DNA from: an uncultured Pelagibacteraceae bacterium | GTDB taxonomy: Bacteria; Pseudomonadota; Alphaproteobacteria; Pelagibacterales; Pelagibacteraceae | DNA length: 64,000 bases | Direction of reading: 5' to 3' | NCBI GenBank assembly: GCA_902552475.1 | Contig: CACDJC010000003.1 | Coordinates: 8,957 to 72,956 of the forward strand | Shown: positions 27,853 through 37,942 of the stretch, one piece after another | Position numbering within the stretch: position 1 is the stretch's first letter | How the letters are laid out: each line of letters begins with the position of its first letter | Notes under the pieces: model-generated | Seen by the model: the letters and a program-made list of their open reading frames with translations, nothing else | Told to the model about the DNA's origin: nothing | Databases searched by the model: none | Position numbers and translations under genes: made by a program

Positions 27853-28941
27853 TTCAGAACAAATCAAACCATCTAAAGGTTTTGGATGAAACCAAGTTGA
27901 TTTTGGTGGCATAAACCTTTTTCTATCAGCGATCTTCATAACACTTAAAATATTTGTAGGCGCAACCTTAAAAGCTATATTAAATTTTTTTGAATTTGCT
28001 AATTTTTTTAGAAAACCTGAACTATTAATTCCTGAAATGAATTCTATATTTTTAGCTTTAATTTTATTAATAATATTTTCATGAAGTATTGTTACATCTA
28101 ATTTATTATTCTCCTTTATTTGTTTGAGTGAATACCATTGATTTTTCATGCACATTTCCAAATAACCTTTTTTTAAACTTTTAGCATTATTCTTAATTTT
28201 AATTATTTTGAAATTTTTATTTATAATATTAAAAATTTTTTCCTTACTAAAATTACTTTTTAATACTCTATTGTAATCTAAAATTTTTATTTGATTATGA
28301 GGGAAAGCAACAATCATTGGTGATATTTTTTTATTACTTCTAATCATTCCTTGTATTCTATGATGACCATCACAAATATATATTTTTTTTATTTTTTTAA
28401 TAAAATTTTTCAAAGATTTTAAATTTATTTCTTTATCTACAATCCAAACTTGATGATTAAATTTATCCAAAGATCTAAATGAATAAATTGGTTTTGATTT
28501 TGTAATTTTTTTTAAAAAATCATTAAGTTTTTTATTTTGTTTATAAGCGGTATAAATTGGTCCTATTTGTGTTGAAATATTTAATATCTGTCTTTTTCTT
28601 TCCAACACTCTATTTTTGAAAGTTTCTTCATGACCCAAAATATTTTTGTTGTCATATTTATTTAAATCTACCTTTCCTAATATTCCAATTTGTTTGTGAT
28701 TTTTATTAGATATTTTGTAAATATAGTAACAATTCTTAATTTCTTTAGTTATCAGTTTTTTATCCTTCATGTTTTGAAAGTATTTTTTTGATTTATTTAG
28801 GTTTTTACTACTTAAAATCTTTAAGTATCCAATCTTTGGATAAGATTTTAAATTATTAAAATATCTTGGATTTGGAGTTGAAATTTTATGAGCCTGTTTC
28901 TTTACTGGTCTTAAAGCTTTAAAAGGATTTATTAAAAGCAA
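27847..28941 (-). CDS. DUF1015 family protein (ParB/Srx-like; possible serine kinase)
   Basis: PFKALRP, ILGHEET, YICDGHHR, ILDYNRV, MPPKSTWFHPKP; TTG start 8 nt after the trpB2 stop. Confidence 0.85.
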   Translation of the reverse strand: MLLINPFKALRPVKKQAHKISTPNPRYFNNLKSYPKIGYLKILSSKNLNKSKKYFQNMKDKKLITKEIKNCYYIYKISNKNHKQIGILGKVDLNKYDNKNILGHEETFKNRVLERKRQILNISTQIGPIYTAYKQNKKLNDFLKKITKSKPIYSFRSLDKFNHQVWIVDKEINLKSLKNFIKKIKKIYICDGHHRIQGMIRSNKKISPMIVAFPHNQIKILDYNRVLKSNFSKEKIFNIINKNFKIIKIKNNAKSLKKGYLEMCMKNQWYSLKQIKENNKLDVTILHENIINKIKAKNIEFISGINSSGFLKKLANSKKFNIAFKVAPTNILSVMKIADRKRFMPPKSTWFHPKPLDGLICSEL

Positions 28942-28949
28942 CTGATTTA

Positions 28950-30311
28950 TTATGCAATTTTTGGAAGTTCTTCTAAAGCTTTATCCATACTTCCTCTGTC
29001 AAACTTATCTTCTGCTAAATTTCCTTCGAAGTAATCTCCATATGCTTTCATGTCAAAGTGACCATGACCGCATAAATTGAATAATATTGTTTTAGACTCT
29101 CCATTTTTTTTACATTCTAATGCTGCATCAATAGCACCCTTAACTGCATGTGTTGCTTCAGGTGCGGGAACTATACCTTCTGTTCTTGCAAAATTTACTC
29201 CTGCTTCAAAACATTCTTTTTGACCATAAGCTTTTGCTTCAATAGCATTAATTTCTTTCAAATGACTCACAAGTGGCGCCATACCATGATATCTTAATCC
29301 TCCCGAGTGTGTTGCTGGTGGAATAAATTGCGAACCTAGAGTATGCATTTTTACCAACGGTGTTAATTTACCCGTATCCCCAAAATCATAAACATATTTA
29401 CCTTCAGTCAATGTCGGACACGATTTTGGTTCACATGCAATAACTCTTGTTTTTTTTCCTTCTCTAAAATTTTTTCCTAAAAATGGATTTACTAAACCCG
29501 AAAAATTACTTCCACCTCCTGTACAACCAACTAAAATATCTGGATAATCATCAGCCATTTCCATTTGCAATATTGCTTCATTGCCTACAATAGTTTGATG
29601 CATTAAAACATGATTTAACACACTTCCTAGTGCGTATTTTGTATCTGGATTTTTAGCAGCCATTTCAACTGCTTCTGAAATTGCAATTCCTAAACTACCA
29701 GTATTGTTAGGGTCTTTTGCTAATATTGCTTTTCCACTATCTGTTTCATCAGAAGGACTTGCGACGCATCGTGCACCATAAGTTTGCATAACAAGTTTTC
29801 TATATGGTTTTTGCTCAAAACTAACTTTTACCATATAAACATCTAATTCAATTCCAAACAATTTACATGCAAATGCCAGTGAAGTTCCCCATTGGCCAGC
29901 ACCTGTTTCAGTAGTTATTTTTTTCGTACCTTCTTCTTTGTTGAAAAAAGCTTGAGCAACTGCTGTATTAGGCTTGTGACTACCAGAAGGACTAACTCCC
30001 TCATACTTATAATAAATTTTTGCTGGAGTATCTAAATGTTTTTCTAAACTTCTTGCTCTGTATAATGGGGATGGTCTCCATTGTTTATAAATTTGTCTTA
30101 CAGGCTCAGGTATTTCGATATCTCTATCTTGAGAAACTTCTTGACCGATCAGAGCCATTGGAAATAAAGGAGCTAGATCATCTGGCCCAATTGGTTTTAA
30201 AGTACCTGGGTGTAGTGGAGGCTCCATAGGTTTTGGTAAATCTGCAGCAATATTATACCAAGTCTTTGGCATTTTGCTTTCTTCAAGAAAATATTTTCTT
30301 TGATCTGACAT
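28950..30311 (-). CDS. trpB2: TrpB2-type tryptophan synthase beta-like PLP enzyme
   Basis: 453 aa; WYNIAADLP, GSHKPNTA (PLP Lys), TETGAGQWG, GSVLNHV, GGGSNF, GGLRYHG, APEATHA, CGHGHFD; no trpA nearby. Confidence 0.93.
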   Translation of the reverse strand: MSDQRKYFLEESKMPKTWYNIAADLPKPMEPPLHPGTLKPIGPDDLAPLFPMALIGQEVSQDRDIEIPEPVRQIYKQWRPSPLYRARSLEKHLDTPAKIYYKYEGVSPSGSHKPNTAVAQAFFNKEEGTKKITTETGAGQWGTSLAFACKLFGIELDVYMVKVSFEQKPYRKLVMQTYGARCVASPSDETDSGKAILAKDPNNTGSLGIAISEAVEMAAKNPDTKYALGSVLNHVLMHQTIVGNEAILQMEMADDYPDILVGCTGGGSNFSGLVNPFLGKNFREGKKTRVIACEPKSCPTLTEGKYVYDFGDTGKLTPLVKMHTLGSQFIPPATHSGGLRYHGMAPLVSHLKEINAIEAKAYGQKECFEAGVNFARTEGIVPAPEATHAVKGAIDAALECKKNGESKTILFNLCGHGHFDMKAYGDYFEGNLAEDKFDRGSMDKALEELPKIA

Positions 30312-30423
30312 AATTTTATATTCGTATTTTCTAAATTATTTAAACGAAATGCAAGTCTTAATTCTTTTAATAAAACTGTTAAATACCCAAGAGATTTGTT
30401 AGAATTTGTTTAGAATCATTTCA

Positions 30424-32007
30424 ATGAGCGAAGTAAAAAACATACTATTTATAATGGCCGATCAGTTAAGATGGGATTATCTTTCTTGTTATGGTCATCC
30501 ACATTTAAAAACCCCTAATATAGATAGCTTGGCAAAAAAGGGAGTTATGTTTAATTCAGCCTATGTTCAAGCTCCTGTATGTGGTCCATCTAGAGCATCT
30601 TATTATACAGGAAGAACAGTTTTTAGCCATGGATCAACTTGGAATCAGGTTCCTCTACCTATTGGAGAACTAACCATAGGAGACTATCTAAGACAAGATG
30701 GAATAAGAACAGGAGTTGTTGGAAAAACTCATATGAGACCTGATACCGAAGGAATGACTAGATTGGGTATTTCAAAAAAAACAGAAATTGGACTTATTGT
30801 TAGCGAACCTGGTTTTGAACCTTATGAAAGAGATGATGGTTTACATCCAAATAATCATATTAAAAATTCTGAAAAAAAATTATCATATAATGAATGGTTA
30901 AATAAACTTGGTTATGAAGGAGAAAATCCTTGGGACAGCTGGGCAAATTCTGCAGAAGGAAAAAACGGAGAAATTTTAAGCGGATGGAGACTAAGAAATT
31001 CAAATAAACCAGCAAGAATACCCGAGAAACATTCTGAGACAGCTTTCATGACAAACAGAGCAATGGAGTTTATACAAGACAGTGAGCAGAAACCATGGTT
31101 TTTACATTTGTCTTATATAAAACCACATTGGCCTTATATTGCTCCAGCTCCATATCACAACATGTTTTCAGCAAATCAATTTTATCCAGTTCATAGATCT
31201 GATAGTGAAAAAGATATTAATCATCCAGTTTACAAAGCATTTATGGAAAATAGTATTTCAAAAACATTTTCAAGAGATGAAGTGAGAAATACAGTTCTTT
31301 CTGGATACATGGGTTTGATTAAACAGATAGACGATAACCTAGGAAGATTGTTTAAATTTTTAGAAGATAAAAAATTAATGGAAGAAACAATGATAGTTTT
31401 CACATCTGATCATGGAGATTATCATGGAGACCACTGGCTCGGAGAAAAAGAATTATTTCATGAACAAATTATAAAGGTGCCCATGATAATTTATGATCCA
31501 AGTGAGTCTGCAAATAATAATAGGGGAGCAAAAGAAGATAGATTTATTGAGTCTATTGATTTACTGCCTACTTTTTTAGATTCCGTAAATAGTAAAGCAA
31601 GCAAACATAGACTTGAGGGATCTTCTTTAATTCCTTTATTAAGAGGTGAAAGAAATTTAAAATGGAGAGAAAGTGTTTTTAGTGAAATAGATTATTCATT
31701 CAATGAAGCTAGAAAAATTTTAAATCTTGGACCCTCAGATGCTAGAGCTTATATGATAAGAAATAGTAGATGGAAATATATTTATTATAAGGGATTTCCT
31801 CCACAACTCTTTGATTTAGAAAAAGATCCTGACGAATTTAATGATTTAGGGCAAGATCCGGACTATTCAAAAATTAGGGAAGAAATGAAAGAAGCCCTTC
31901 TTCAAAGAATTATAAGTAGAAAAAACAGAGTTGCTGCTAATGATGAATTTGTAATGAAAGATAGAGATTACTCAAAAGAAAATGGTATAATGATAGGAGT
32001 TTGGTAA
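30424..32007 (+). CDS. Sulfatase / phosphonate monoester hydrolase family (formylglycine-dependent)
   Basis: Start reassigned to ATG 30424; NILFIMADQLR, CGPSR (CxPxR), GKTH, KPHWP, SDHGD; no signal peptide. Confidence 0.88.
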   Translation: MSEVKNILFIMADQLRWDYLSCYGHPHLKTPNIDSLAKKGVMFNSAYVQAPVCGPSRASYYTGRTVFSHGSTWNQVPLPIGELTIGDYLRQDGIRTGVVGKTHMRPDTEGMTRLGISKKTEIGLIVSEPGFEPYERDDGLHPNNHIKNSEKKLSYNEWLNKLGYEGENPWDSWANSAEGKNGEILSGWRLRNSNKPARIPEKHSETAFMTNRAMEFIQDSEQKPWFLHLSYIKPHWPYIAPAPYHNMFSANQFYPVHRSDSEKDINHPVYKAFMENSISKTFSRDEVRNTVLSGYMGLIKQIDDNLGRLFKFLEDKKLMEETMIVFTSDHGDYHGDHWLGEKELFHEQIIKVPMIIYDPSESANNNRGAKEDRFIESIDLLPTFLDSVNSKASKHRLEGSSLIPLLRGERNLKWRESVFSEIDYSFNEARKILNLGPSDARAYMIRNSRWKYIYYKGFPPQLFDLEKDPDEFNDLGQDPDYSKIREEMKEALLQRIISRKNRVAANDEFVMKDRDYSKENGIMIGVW

Positions 32008-32010
32008 ATT

Positions 32011-32352
32011 ATGAATCCATTAATATTATCCCTAATTTGTTTAGTTTTAGTAGGAGTTTCTGCTAATCTTATAAAGATAATTAGAGAGAATAGATTATTA
32101 TTAATTTTATCAATTATACCTTGTGTTTATATCTTGGCTTATGGAATTTATATAACTTTAGGTCCAATAGATTTATACGAAGATGGAACAAAAAACTATT
32201 TTTTAAAAAATCCAGATGAAAAAGAACTTCCAATTGTTTTTGTTTTATTAAAATTTTATCAATATATTTTAATTTTAGTTGGCGCAGTATTTGGTTATCT
32301 ATATTTAAACTATCTAAAAAAATTAAAAAATAATTCAACCGATGTTAACTAG
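32011..32352 (+). CDS. Small 3-TM membrane protein of unknown function
   Basis: Three hydrophobic segments; tightly packed between sulfatase and PhyH genes. Confidence 0.6.
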   Translation: MNPLILSLICLVLVGVSANLIKIIRENRLLLILSIIPCVYILAYGIYITLGPIDLYEDGTKNYFLKNPDEKELPIVFVLLKFYQYILILVGAVFGYLYLNYLKKLKNNSTDVN

Positions 32353-33097
32353 TGAAGAAATTAAAAAATATAAAAAAGAAGGATATTTAATTCCAAATTT
32401 TCAAATGCCTGAGAAAGATCTTCTTGAAATAGAAGAACTTCATGATTCCTTAGTTAAAAAATTCCCTAAGTTCAGAAATTATTGCCCAGCTATATTATTG
32501 CATGATGAAAGATTTTTAAAATATTGTTTTAATGAAAAAATACTAAATATAATTGAACAGCTTATAGGAAAAAATTTTGCTCTGTGGAATTCCAGTTTTT
32601 TTGCAAAACCAGCATTAAATGGATACGCTACACCTTGGCATCAAGATGGACAATATTGGCCAATACGACCGCTTGCAACATGTTCTGTCTGGTTGGCAAT
32701 AGATGATGCAACTTCAAAAAACGGTTGTTTAAAATTTATTAAAGGCTCTCATAAAGATAAAAAATTAAAAAAACATAAAATAAACAAAAGTGAAAAATTA
32801 ACTCTTAACCAAGAGTTACTCAAATCTGAATATATAGAAAAAAATTCTGTAGATTTAGTTTTAAAAAGAGGGCAAATATCATTACATGATGTTTATATGG
32901 TACATGGATCTGAAGAAAATAAATCACCAAAATCTAGAAGAGCAATGACAATGAGATTTATGCCAACAACCAGTATCTTTGATCACAGATTTGTTTTTAA
33001 TACAAGGGATTTTTCAATTACAAAAATATATCAGGCTAGAGGAAAAGATGTTTCTATGAAAAATAACATGATACCTTTAGATATTATGAGTACATAA
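32342..33097 (+). CDS. PhyH-family Fe(II)/2OG dioxygenase
   Basis: FFAKP, TPWHQD, WLAIDDAT..NGCL, GSH, MVHGS, RRAMT. Confidence 0.87.
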   Translation: MLTSEEIKKYKKEGYLIPNFQMPEKDLLEIEELHDSLVKKFPKFRNYCPAILLHDERFLKYCFNEKILNIIEQLIGKNFALWNSSFFAKPALNGYATPWHQDGQYWPIRPLATCSVWLAIDDATSKNGCLKFIKGSHKDKKLKKHKINKSEKLTLNQELLKSEYIEKNSVDLVLKRGQISLHDVYMVHGSEENKSPKSRRAMTMRFMPTTSIFDHRFVFNTRDFSITKIYQARGKDVSMKNNMIPLDIMST

Positions 33098-34394
33098 GAC
33101 TTGGCAAATATAAACATATTGCGGGGAAAGCTATTATCAATGCAAGTCTTATTACATCTGTCATAAGAAATGGAAGTGTTCCAAACCAAATTGTTTGCAA
33201 AGGTGTTTTTTGCATTACACCTTTAATAACAAATAAATTCATTCCTACTGGTGGAGATATTAATCCAAACTCGACAACTATTACTGCAAAAATTCCAAAC
33301 CAAACTGGGTCTATTCCAGCATCAACTATTACTGGATAGAAAACTGGAATTGTAAGAAATAACATTGCAAGAGAATCCATTACGGTTCCTAGAACTAGAT
33401 ATATTGCACAAATTACAAGAATTACCCCCAAAGGTGTTAATTGTAAGTGATTTATAAAATCAACCACAGCAAAGGGTAATTGGGTCACAGTTATTAAATA
33501 ATTGAAAATACTTGCACCAATTACAATTAAATATAATGAGCCAACAGTTTTAATGGTTGTCCAAACTGCATCTTTTAAAAGATTTAAAGTTAACTGACCT
33601 CTAAAAAATATAAAAATAAGAACAAGTATAACACCTACTGCAGCACTTTCAGTAGCAGTGAAAAAACCCAAGTACAAACCTCCCATCATTATTACAAATA
33701 TTAAAAATATAGGAAAAACTTTTGATATAGCCGCTACCCTTTCTTTAAATGGCATTTTGGTTCCATAGCCTCCTTGGGATGGGTAAATTAAAAGATAAAC
33801 TCTTATTGCTACCATATACAAAACAACAGCTATTAAACCTGGAATCAATGCAGCAAAAAAGAGTTCCTGCACTGATTGTTCTGTTAAATATGCATAAATT
33901 ACTAATATTACACTTGGAGGAATTATAATTCCTAAGGTTCCACCAGAAGCAATTGATCCACTTATTAAAGCATCACTATATCCATGTCTTCGCATTTCTG
34001 GACCAGCCATTTGAGACATGGTAGCCGCAGTAGCAATTGAAGATCCACAAATCATTCCAAAACCCGCACAAGCACCAACAGTAGACATTGCCAAACCACC
34101 TTTGTAATGACCAACAACTGCATAAGCAGCGTCATATAAATTTCTTGATAAATTTGAGCTATTAGCAAGATTTCCCATTAAAACAAAAAGAGGAAGAACC
34201 GATAAAGTGTATTTTGATACTGCGTCGAAAGGAGCGGTACCAAGAACAAATATTGCTGGATCAAATCCTGATATTAATGCAAAACCTATAAAACCAACTA
34301 CAAGCATTGCAATTCCTATAGGAACATTAAGGACCATTAAAACTAAAACAGCAGCAAATGACAAACCTCCATTTATAATAGAATCAATTCCCAT
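33084..34394 (-). CDS. dctM: TRAP transporter large permease
   Basis: LPLFVLMG, CGSSIATAATM, GGTLGIIIPPS, FTATESAAVG, GLISPPVGMNLF. Confidence 0.93.
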   Translation of the reverse strand: MGIDSIINGGLSFAAVLVLMVLNVPIGIAMLVVGFIGFALISGFDPAIFVLGTAPFDAVSKYTLSVLPLFVLMGNLANSSNLSRNLYDAAYAVVGHYKGGLAMSTVGACAGFGMICGSSIATAATMSQMAGPEMRRHGYSDALISGSIASGGTLGIIIPPSVILVIYAYLTEQSVQELFFAALIPGLIAVVLYMVAIRVYLLIYPSQGGYGTKMPFKERVAAISKVFPIFLIFVIMMGGLYLGFFTATESAAVGVILVLIFIFFRGQLTLNLLKDAVWTTIKTVGSLYLIVIGASIFNYLITVTQLPFAVVDFINHLQLTPLGVILVICAIYLVLGTVMDSLAMLFLTIPVFYPVIVDAGIDPVWFGIFAVIVVEFGLISPPVGMNLFVIKGVMQKTPLQTIWFGTLPFLMTDVIRLALIIAFPAICLYLPSLMYS

Positions 34395-34885
34395 TAATTT
34401 CCTTTGGATTGAGTTTTATTATTAAAAACTGTTTTAGTGAACCAAACCACAATTGCCAAAACACTTAACCACATACCTATAGAACAAATAAAATAAAAAG
34501 GATAAAAATATAATTCTAGATCAAGTGTCACTCTTTGATTATCCATAAATTTAAAAGATGTAACTGTTGTAGCGTAAGCCATTAAAGACATAATTCCTAT
34601 CATTAAAAGAAATTTTAAAACAATAAGATAAGTTTTAAATATACCTAGATTTAAATTATTTATAAAATCTGCTGAAACATTTGCATTTAAAAAAAAAGCT
34701 CTTGGCATGGCTAAAAAAGCGACTAGAGCCATACCAATTTCGACTAATTCAATTGTTCCAGTTACTGGTGAATTAAGAAAACGTCTTCCAAAAACATCAC
34801 AAAATGTTAGTACAGCAAGAAAAAACAACACTAAGCCAGAAGCTGTTGCTGAATAATTAAATATTTTGTCTATTTTAAATTTCAT
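34394..34885 (-). CDS. dctQ: TRAP transporter small permease
   Basis: DVFGRRFLNSPVTGTIELVE; 4 TM segments; coupled to dctM. Confidence 0.88.
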   Translation of the reverse strand: MKFKIDKIFNYSATASGLVLFFLAVLTFCDVFGRRFLNSPVTGTIELVEIGMALVAFLAMPRAFFLNANVSADFINNLNLGIFKTYLIVLKFLLMIGIMSLMAYATTVTSFKFMDNQRVTLDLELYFYPFYFICSIGMWLSVLAIVVWFTKTVFNNKTQSKGN

Positions 34886-34954
34886 TACAAAATGACACTT
34901 CTAATTTTATAAACTTTAACATATAAACCATTAGATAAATAGAAAGCATTAATT

Positions 34955-35806
34955 ATGAAATTTATTTCTTTTTTACATAATAAAGAAGCTAAATATGGAG
35001 TTATAAACGATAATTTAATAACTGATCTTACAGGAAAAGTTTTGGATGCAAAAACATTAAAAGAACTTATTAAGAAAAAAGGAATTTCAAATGCTAAAAA
35101 ATATGCAACTGAAAATCCTGGAAATATTAAATTAGATCAAATTGAGTATTTGCCATTAATTCCAAATCCAGGAAAAATTATTTGCGTGGGTTTAAATTAT
35201 AGCGAACATGTTAAAGAGACAAATAGAACAGTGGAAGAGAATCCAGTTATATTTCACCGTTTTCCAGAAAGTCAAACTGCTCACCAACAACCTATACAAA
35301 GACCTATCGCATCTCAAAGTCTAGATTATGAGGGAGAAATGGCTGTTATTATGGGTGAGGCTGGAAAACATGTTAATCCTAAAGATGCTCTGAAACATAT
35401 TATTGGCTACTCTTGTTACAACGAAAGTACAATCCGTGAATGGCAAAGACATACAAGACAATTTGGTATGGGGAAAAATTTTGAAAAAACTGGCAGTTTT
35501 GGTCCTCATATGGTTCTAGCCGAAGATATTAAAAATTATAAAGAACTTACACTTGAAACAAGACTAAACGGCGAAGTAATGCAAAATGCTAAACTTAGTC
35601 AACTTATTTTTGATATACCAATATTAATTTCTTATGTATCTAAGGCATTGGCATGGAGAGCTGGAGATGTTTTAGTTACCGGAACTCCAGGTGGAGTTGG
35701 ATTCAAGCGAAACCCACCAGTTTTTATGAAGCCAGGGGACAATGTGGAAGTAGAAATCACTGATATCGGTGTTTTATCAAACACAATTAAGGATGAAATA
35801 ATTTAA
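34955..35806 (+). CDS. Fumarylacetoacetate hydrolase (FAH) family protein
   Basis: KIICVGLNY, DYEGE, YNESTIREWQ, GKNF, TGTPGGVG. Confidence 0.9.
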   Translation: MKFISFLHNKEAKYGVINDNLITDLTGKVLDAKTLKELIKKKGISNAKKYATENPGNIKLDQIEYLPLIPNPGKIICVGLNYSEHVKETNRTVEENPVIFHRFPESQTAHQQPIQRPIASQSLDYEGEMAVIMGEAGKHVNPKDALKHIIGYSCYNESTIREWQRHTRQFGMGKNFEKTGSFGPHMVLAEDIKNYKELTLETRLNGEVMQNAKLSQLIFDIPILISYVSKALAWRAGDVLVTGTPGGVGFKRNPPVFMKPGDNVEVEITDIGVLSNTIKDEII

Positions 35807-35854
35807 ATTTCACGTTAAACTTTAAAAATATTATTAAAAAAAATAGGGGATAAA

Positions 35855-36874
35855 ATGAAAAAAAAATTAATTGGATTTATTATAGTAGTCTTTTCTTTAG
35901 CGACAGTAAGTTCAGCGAATGCAAGTGGAACAGAGCTAAAACTAGCAACTTTTGAACCACCCAAAGCATTTATAGCTAGTAAAATTTTAGCTGCTTGGGC
36001 AAAAAAAGTTAATCAATGTTCTGCTGGAGAGTTAAATGTTAAAATGTATGCAGGAGGAGTTTTGGGAAGCCCTCCAAAGCAATACGATATTGTGACATCA
36101 GGTGTTGCTGATATTTCTTGGACAGTTCTTGGATATATTGGAGGTCAATTTCCACTTAGTTCAGTAATTGAGTTACCTTTTTTAACAAAAACTTCTAAGG
36201 CAGGTACTACTGCTTTAAACACTTTGTTTAATGAAGGTTATTTAGATAAAGAAATGGCTGGTATAAAAGTAATAGGATTGCACTCTAATCCAGGATACCA
36301 CGTTCACATGAAAGATACTAAAGTTGTTAATCCTTCAGATTTTAAAGGAAAAAAAATGAGAGTACCTAGTAAAATTGCTGGGACAATTCTTAAGACTTTA
36401 GGTGCAACAGGTGTAAAAGTACCTGCGCCTGGAACTTCTGAAGCTTTAAACAAAGGTGTTGTAGACGGTACACCATTTCCTTATACAGCAATCGGTTCTT
36501 TCAGATTATTTGACGTAACAAAATATCATACAGAGCTACATGTAACTAACGCAACATTTGGCTTAATAATGAATGAAAACAAATATAACGGCCTACCAAA
36601 TAAAGCAAAAAATTGTATTGATAAATACAGTGGTCATGCTTTCGGCGATTGGGCATCAAATCTAATTGATAACCAAAATGCAAAAATGAAAAATGAAATT
36701 TCAAAAAGAGACGGACATGAAATTATTATTGCATCAGACTCTGTAATTGCTGAATATAAAAAAATATTAGCACCTATCGAATCTGATTGGTTAAACGAAA
36801 TGAAAGGCAAAGGCCTTGATGGCGATGCTGTTCTAAAAAGAGCAAGACAAATCATAACATCTATAGATCGTTAA
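35855..36874 (+). CDS. dctP: TRAP transporter substrate-binding protein
   Basis: SD AGGGG, signal peptide, GVADISW, FPLSSVIELPF, GKKMRV, ALNKGVVDG. Confidence 0.9.
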   Translation: MKKKLIGFIIVVFSLATVSSANASGTELKLATFEPPKAFIASKILAAWAKKVNQCSAGELNVKMYAGGVLGSPPKQYDIVTSGVADISWTVLGYIGGQFPLSSVIELPFLTKTSKAGTTALNTLFNEGYLDKEMAGIKVIGLHSNPGYHVHMKDTKVVNPSDFKGKKMRVPSKIAGTILKTLGATGVKVPAPGTSEALNKGVVDGTPFPYTAIGSFRLFDVTKYHTELHVTNATFGLIMNENKYNGLPNKAKNCIDKYSGHAFGDWASNLIDNQNAKMKNEISKRDGHEIIIASDSVIAEYKKILAPIESDWLNEMKGKGLDGDAVLKRARQIITSIDR

Positions 36875-36888
36875 TAACAAAAACTTTG

Positions 36889-36925
36889 TTTGAGCCCGCA
36901 TTATTCATAGCGGGCTCAAATTTAA
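36889..36925 (+). terminator. Hairpin after dctP (terminator or RNA-stabilising stem-loop)
   Basis: TTTGAGCCCGC (36889-36899) / GCGGGCTCAAA (36910-36920), 11-bp stem. Confidence 0.75.
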
Positions 36926-36942
36926 TTTAGTATAATAACTTT

Positions 36943-37917
36943 ATGGCAATTAATGCATTAAGTTACATAGGAGTAAACTCAGATAAAATTGAGGATTGGT
37001 CTGATTATTCTGAAAAATGTTTGGGCATGCAAAGAGTTGATAGAGCAAAAGGAACTCTATCTTTTAGAATGGATGATCAAAAACAACGCTTGGCCATAAC
37101 TGGAGATACAGGAGACAGTCTAGCCTTTATAGGATGGGAAGTAGAAAAAAAAGAAGATCTTCAAACTTACGCTGCAAAATTAGAAAAGAATAATATTCCT
37201 GTTACTTTAGGAAATTCATCTTATTCAGATAAAAGATTTGTTGATGAATTAATTCATTTCAACGATCCACAAGGAAATCGTATAGAACTTGTTTACAGCC
37301 CAATGAAAGACAATGATCCTTTTAAACCGTCTCGCCCGATATCTGGGTTTAAAACTGGAGCTCTCGGAATGGGTCATGTTGTTTTACATGTTAAAAATTT
37401 TGATGCAGTTGTTCCTTTTTATAGAGATATATTAGGATTTAAAATTAGTGATTATAGTCATACACCAATATCGCTTTGTTTTTTTCATGTTAATGGACGC
37501 CATCATAGCATGGCATTGTTTGGTTCCGGTAGATTAGGTTTTCACCATTTTATGGTTGAATATAATAATCTTGATGATGTAGGACAAGGTTACGATTTGT
37601 TACAATATGAAGAAGGAAAAATTGCTTATACTATGGGCAGACATACAAATGATTATATGACTTCATTTTATTCTATTACACCATCAGGTTTTTTTGTGGA
37701 AAACGGATGGGGTGGAAGAATAATTGACCCAAGCACATGGAAACCAATAGAAACATTTGAAGGCCCAAGTTTTTGGGGACATGAAAGATTATATTTACCA
37801 GAAGACGAAAGAATGAAGTTTAGAAAAAAAAGAATGGAAACTGCCGCAGAAGGAAAACAAGCACCATTATTGATTGATTGCCCATGGTTATATACAAATA
37901 TTAAAAACAAAAAATAA
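36943..37917 (+). CDS. Type I extradiol ring-cleavage dioxygenase (BphC-like, VOC fold)
   Basis: RMDD, DPQGNRIE, GMGHVV, GRHHS, HHFMVE, GRHTND, SFY..TPSGFFVE; metal His/His/Glu and catalytic His/Tyr present. Confidence 0.9.
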   Translation: MAINALSYIGVNSDKIEDWSDYSEKCLGMQRVDRAKGTLSFRMDDQKQRLAITGDTGDSLAFIGWEVEKKEDLQTYAAKLEKNNIPVTLGNSSYSDKRFVDELIHFNDPQGNRIELVYSPMKDNDPFKPSRPISGFKTGALGMGHVVLHVKNFDAVVPFYRDILGFKISDYSHTPISLCFFHVNGRHHSMALFGSGRLGFHHFMVEYNNLDDVGQGYDLLQYEEGKIAYTMGRHTNDYMTSFYSITPSGFFVENGWGGRIIDPSTWKPIETFEGPSFWGHERLYLPEDERMKFRKKRMETAAEGKQAPLLIDCPWLYTNIKNKK

Positions 37918-37942
37918 TTATACAATCTATTAATTTTAAAAA

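Noticed and set aside
30312-30423. Trp attenuator or leader peptide upstream of trpB2
   Set aside because: No Trp-codon leader ORF or terminator/antiterminator stems seen; only a short ATTTGTT(T)AGAAT direct repeat.
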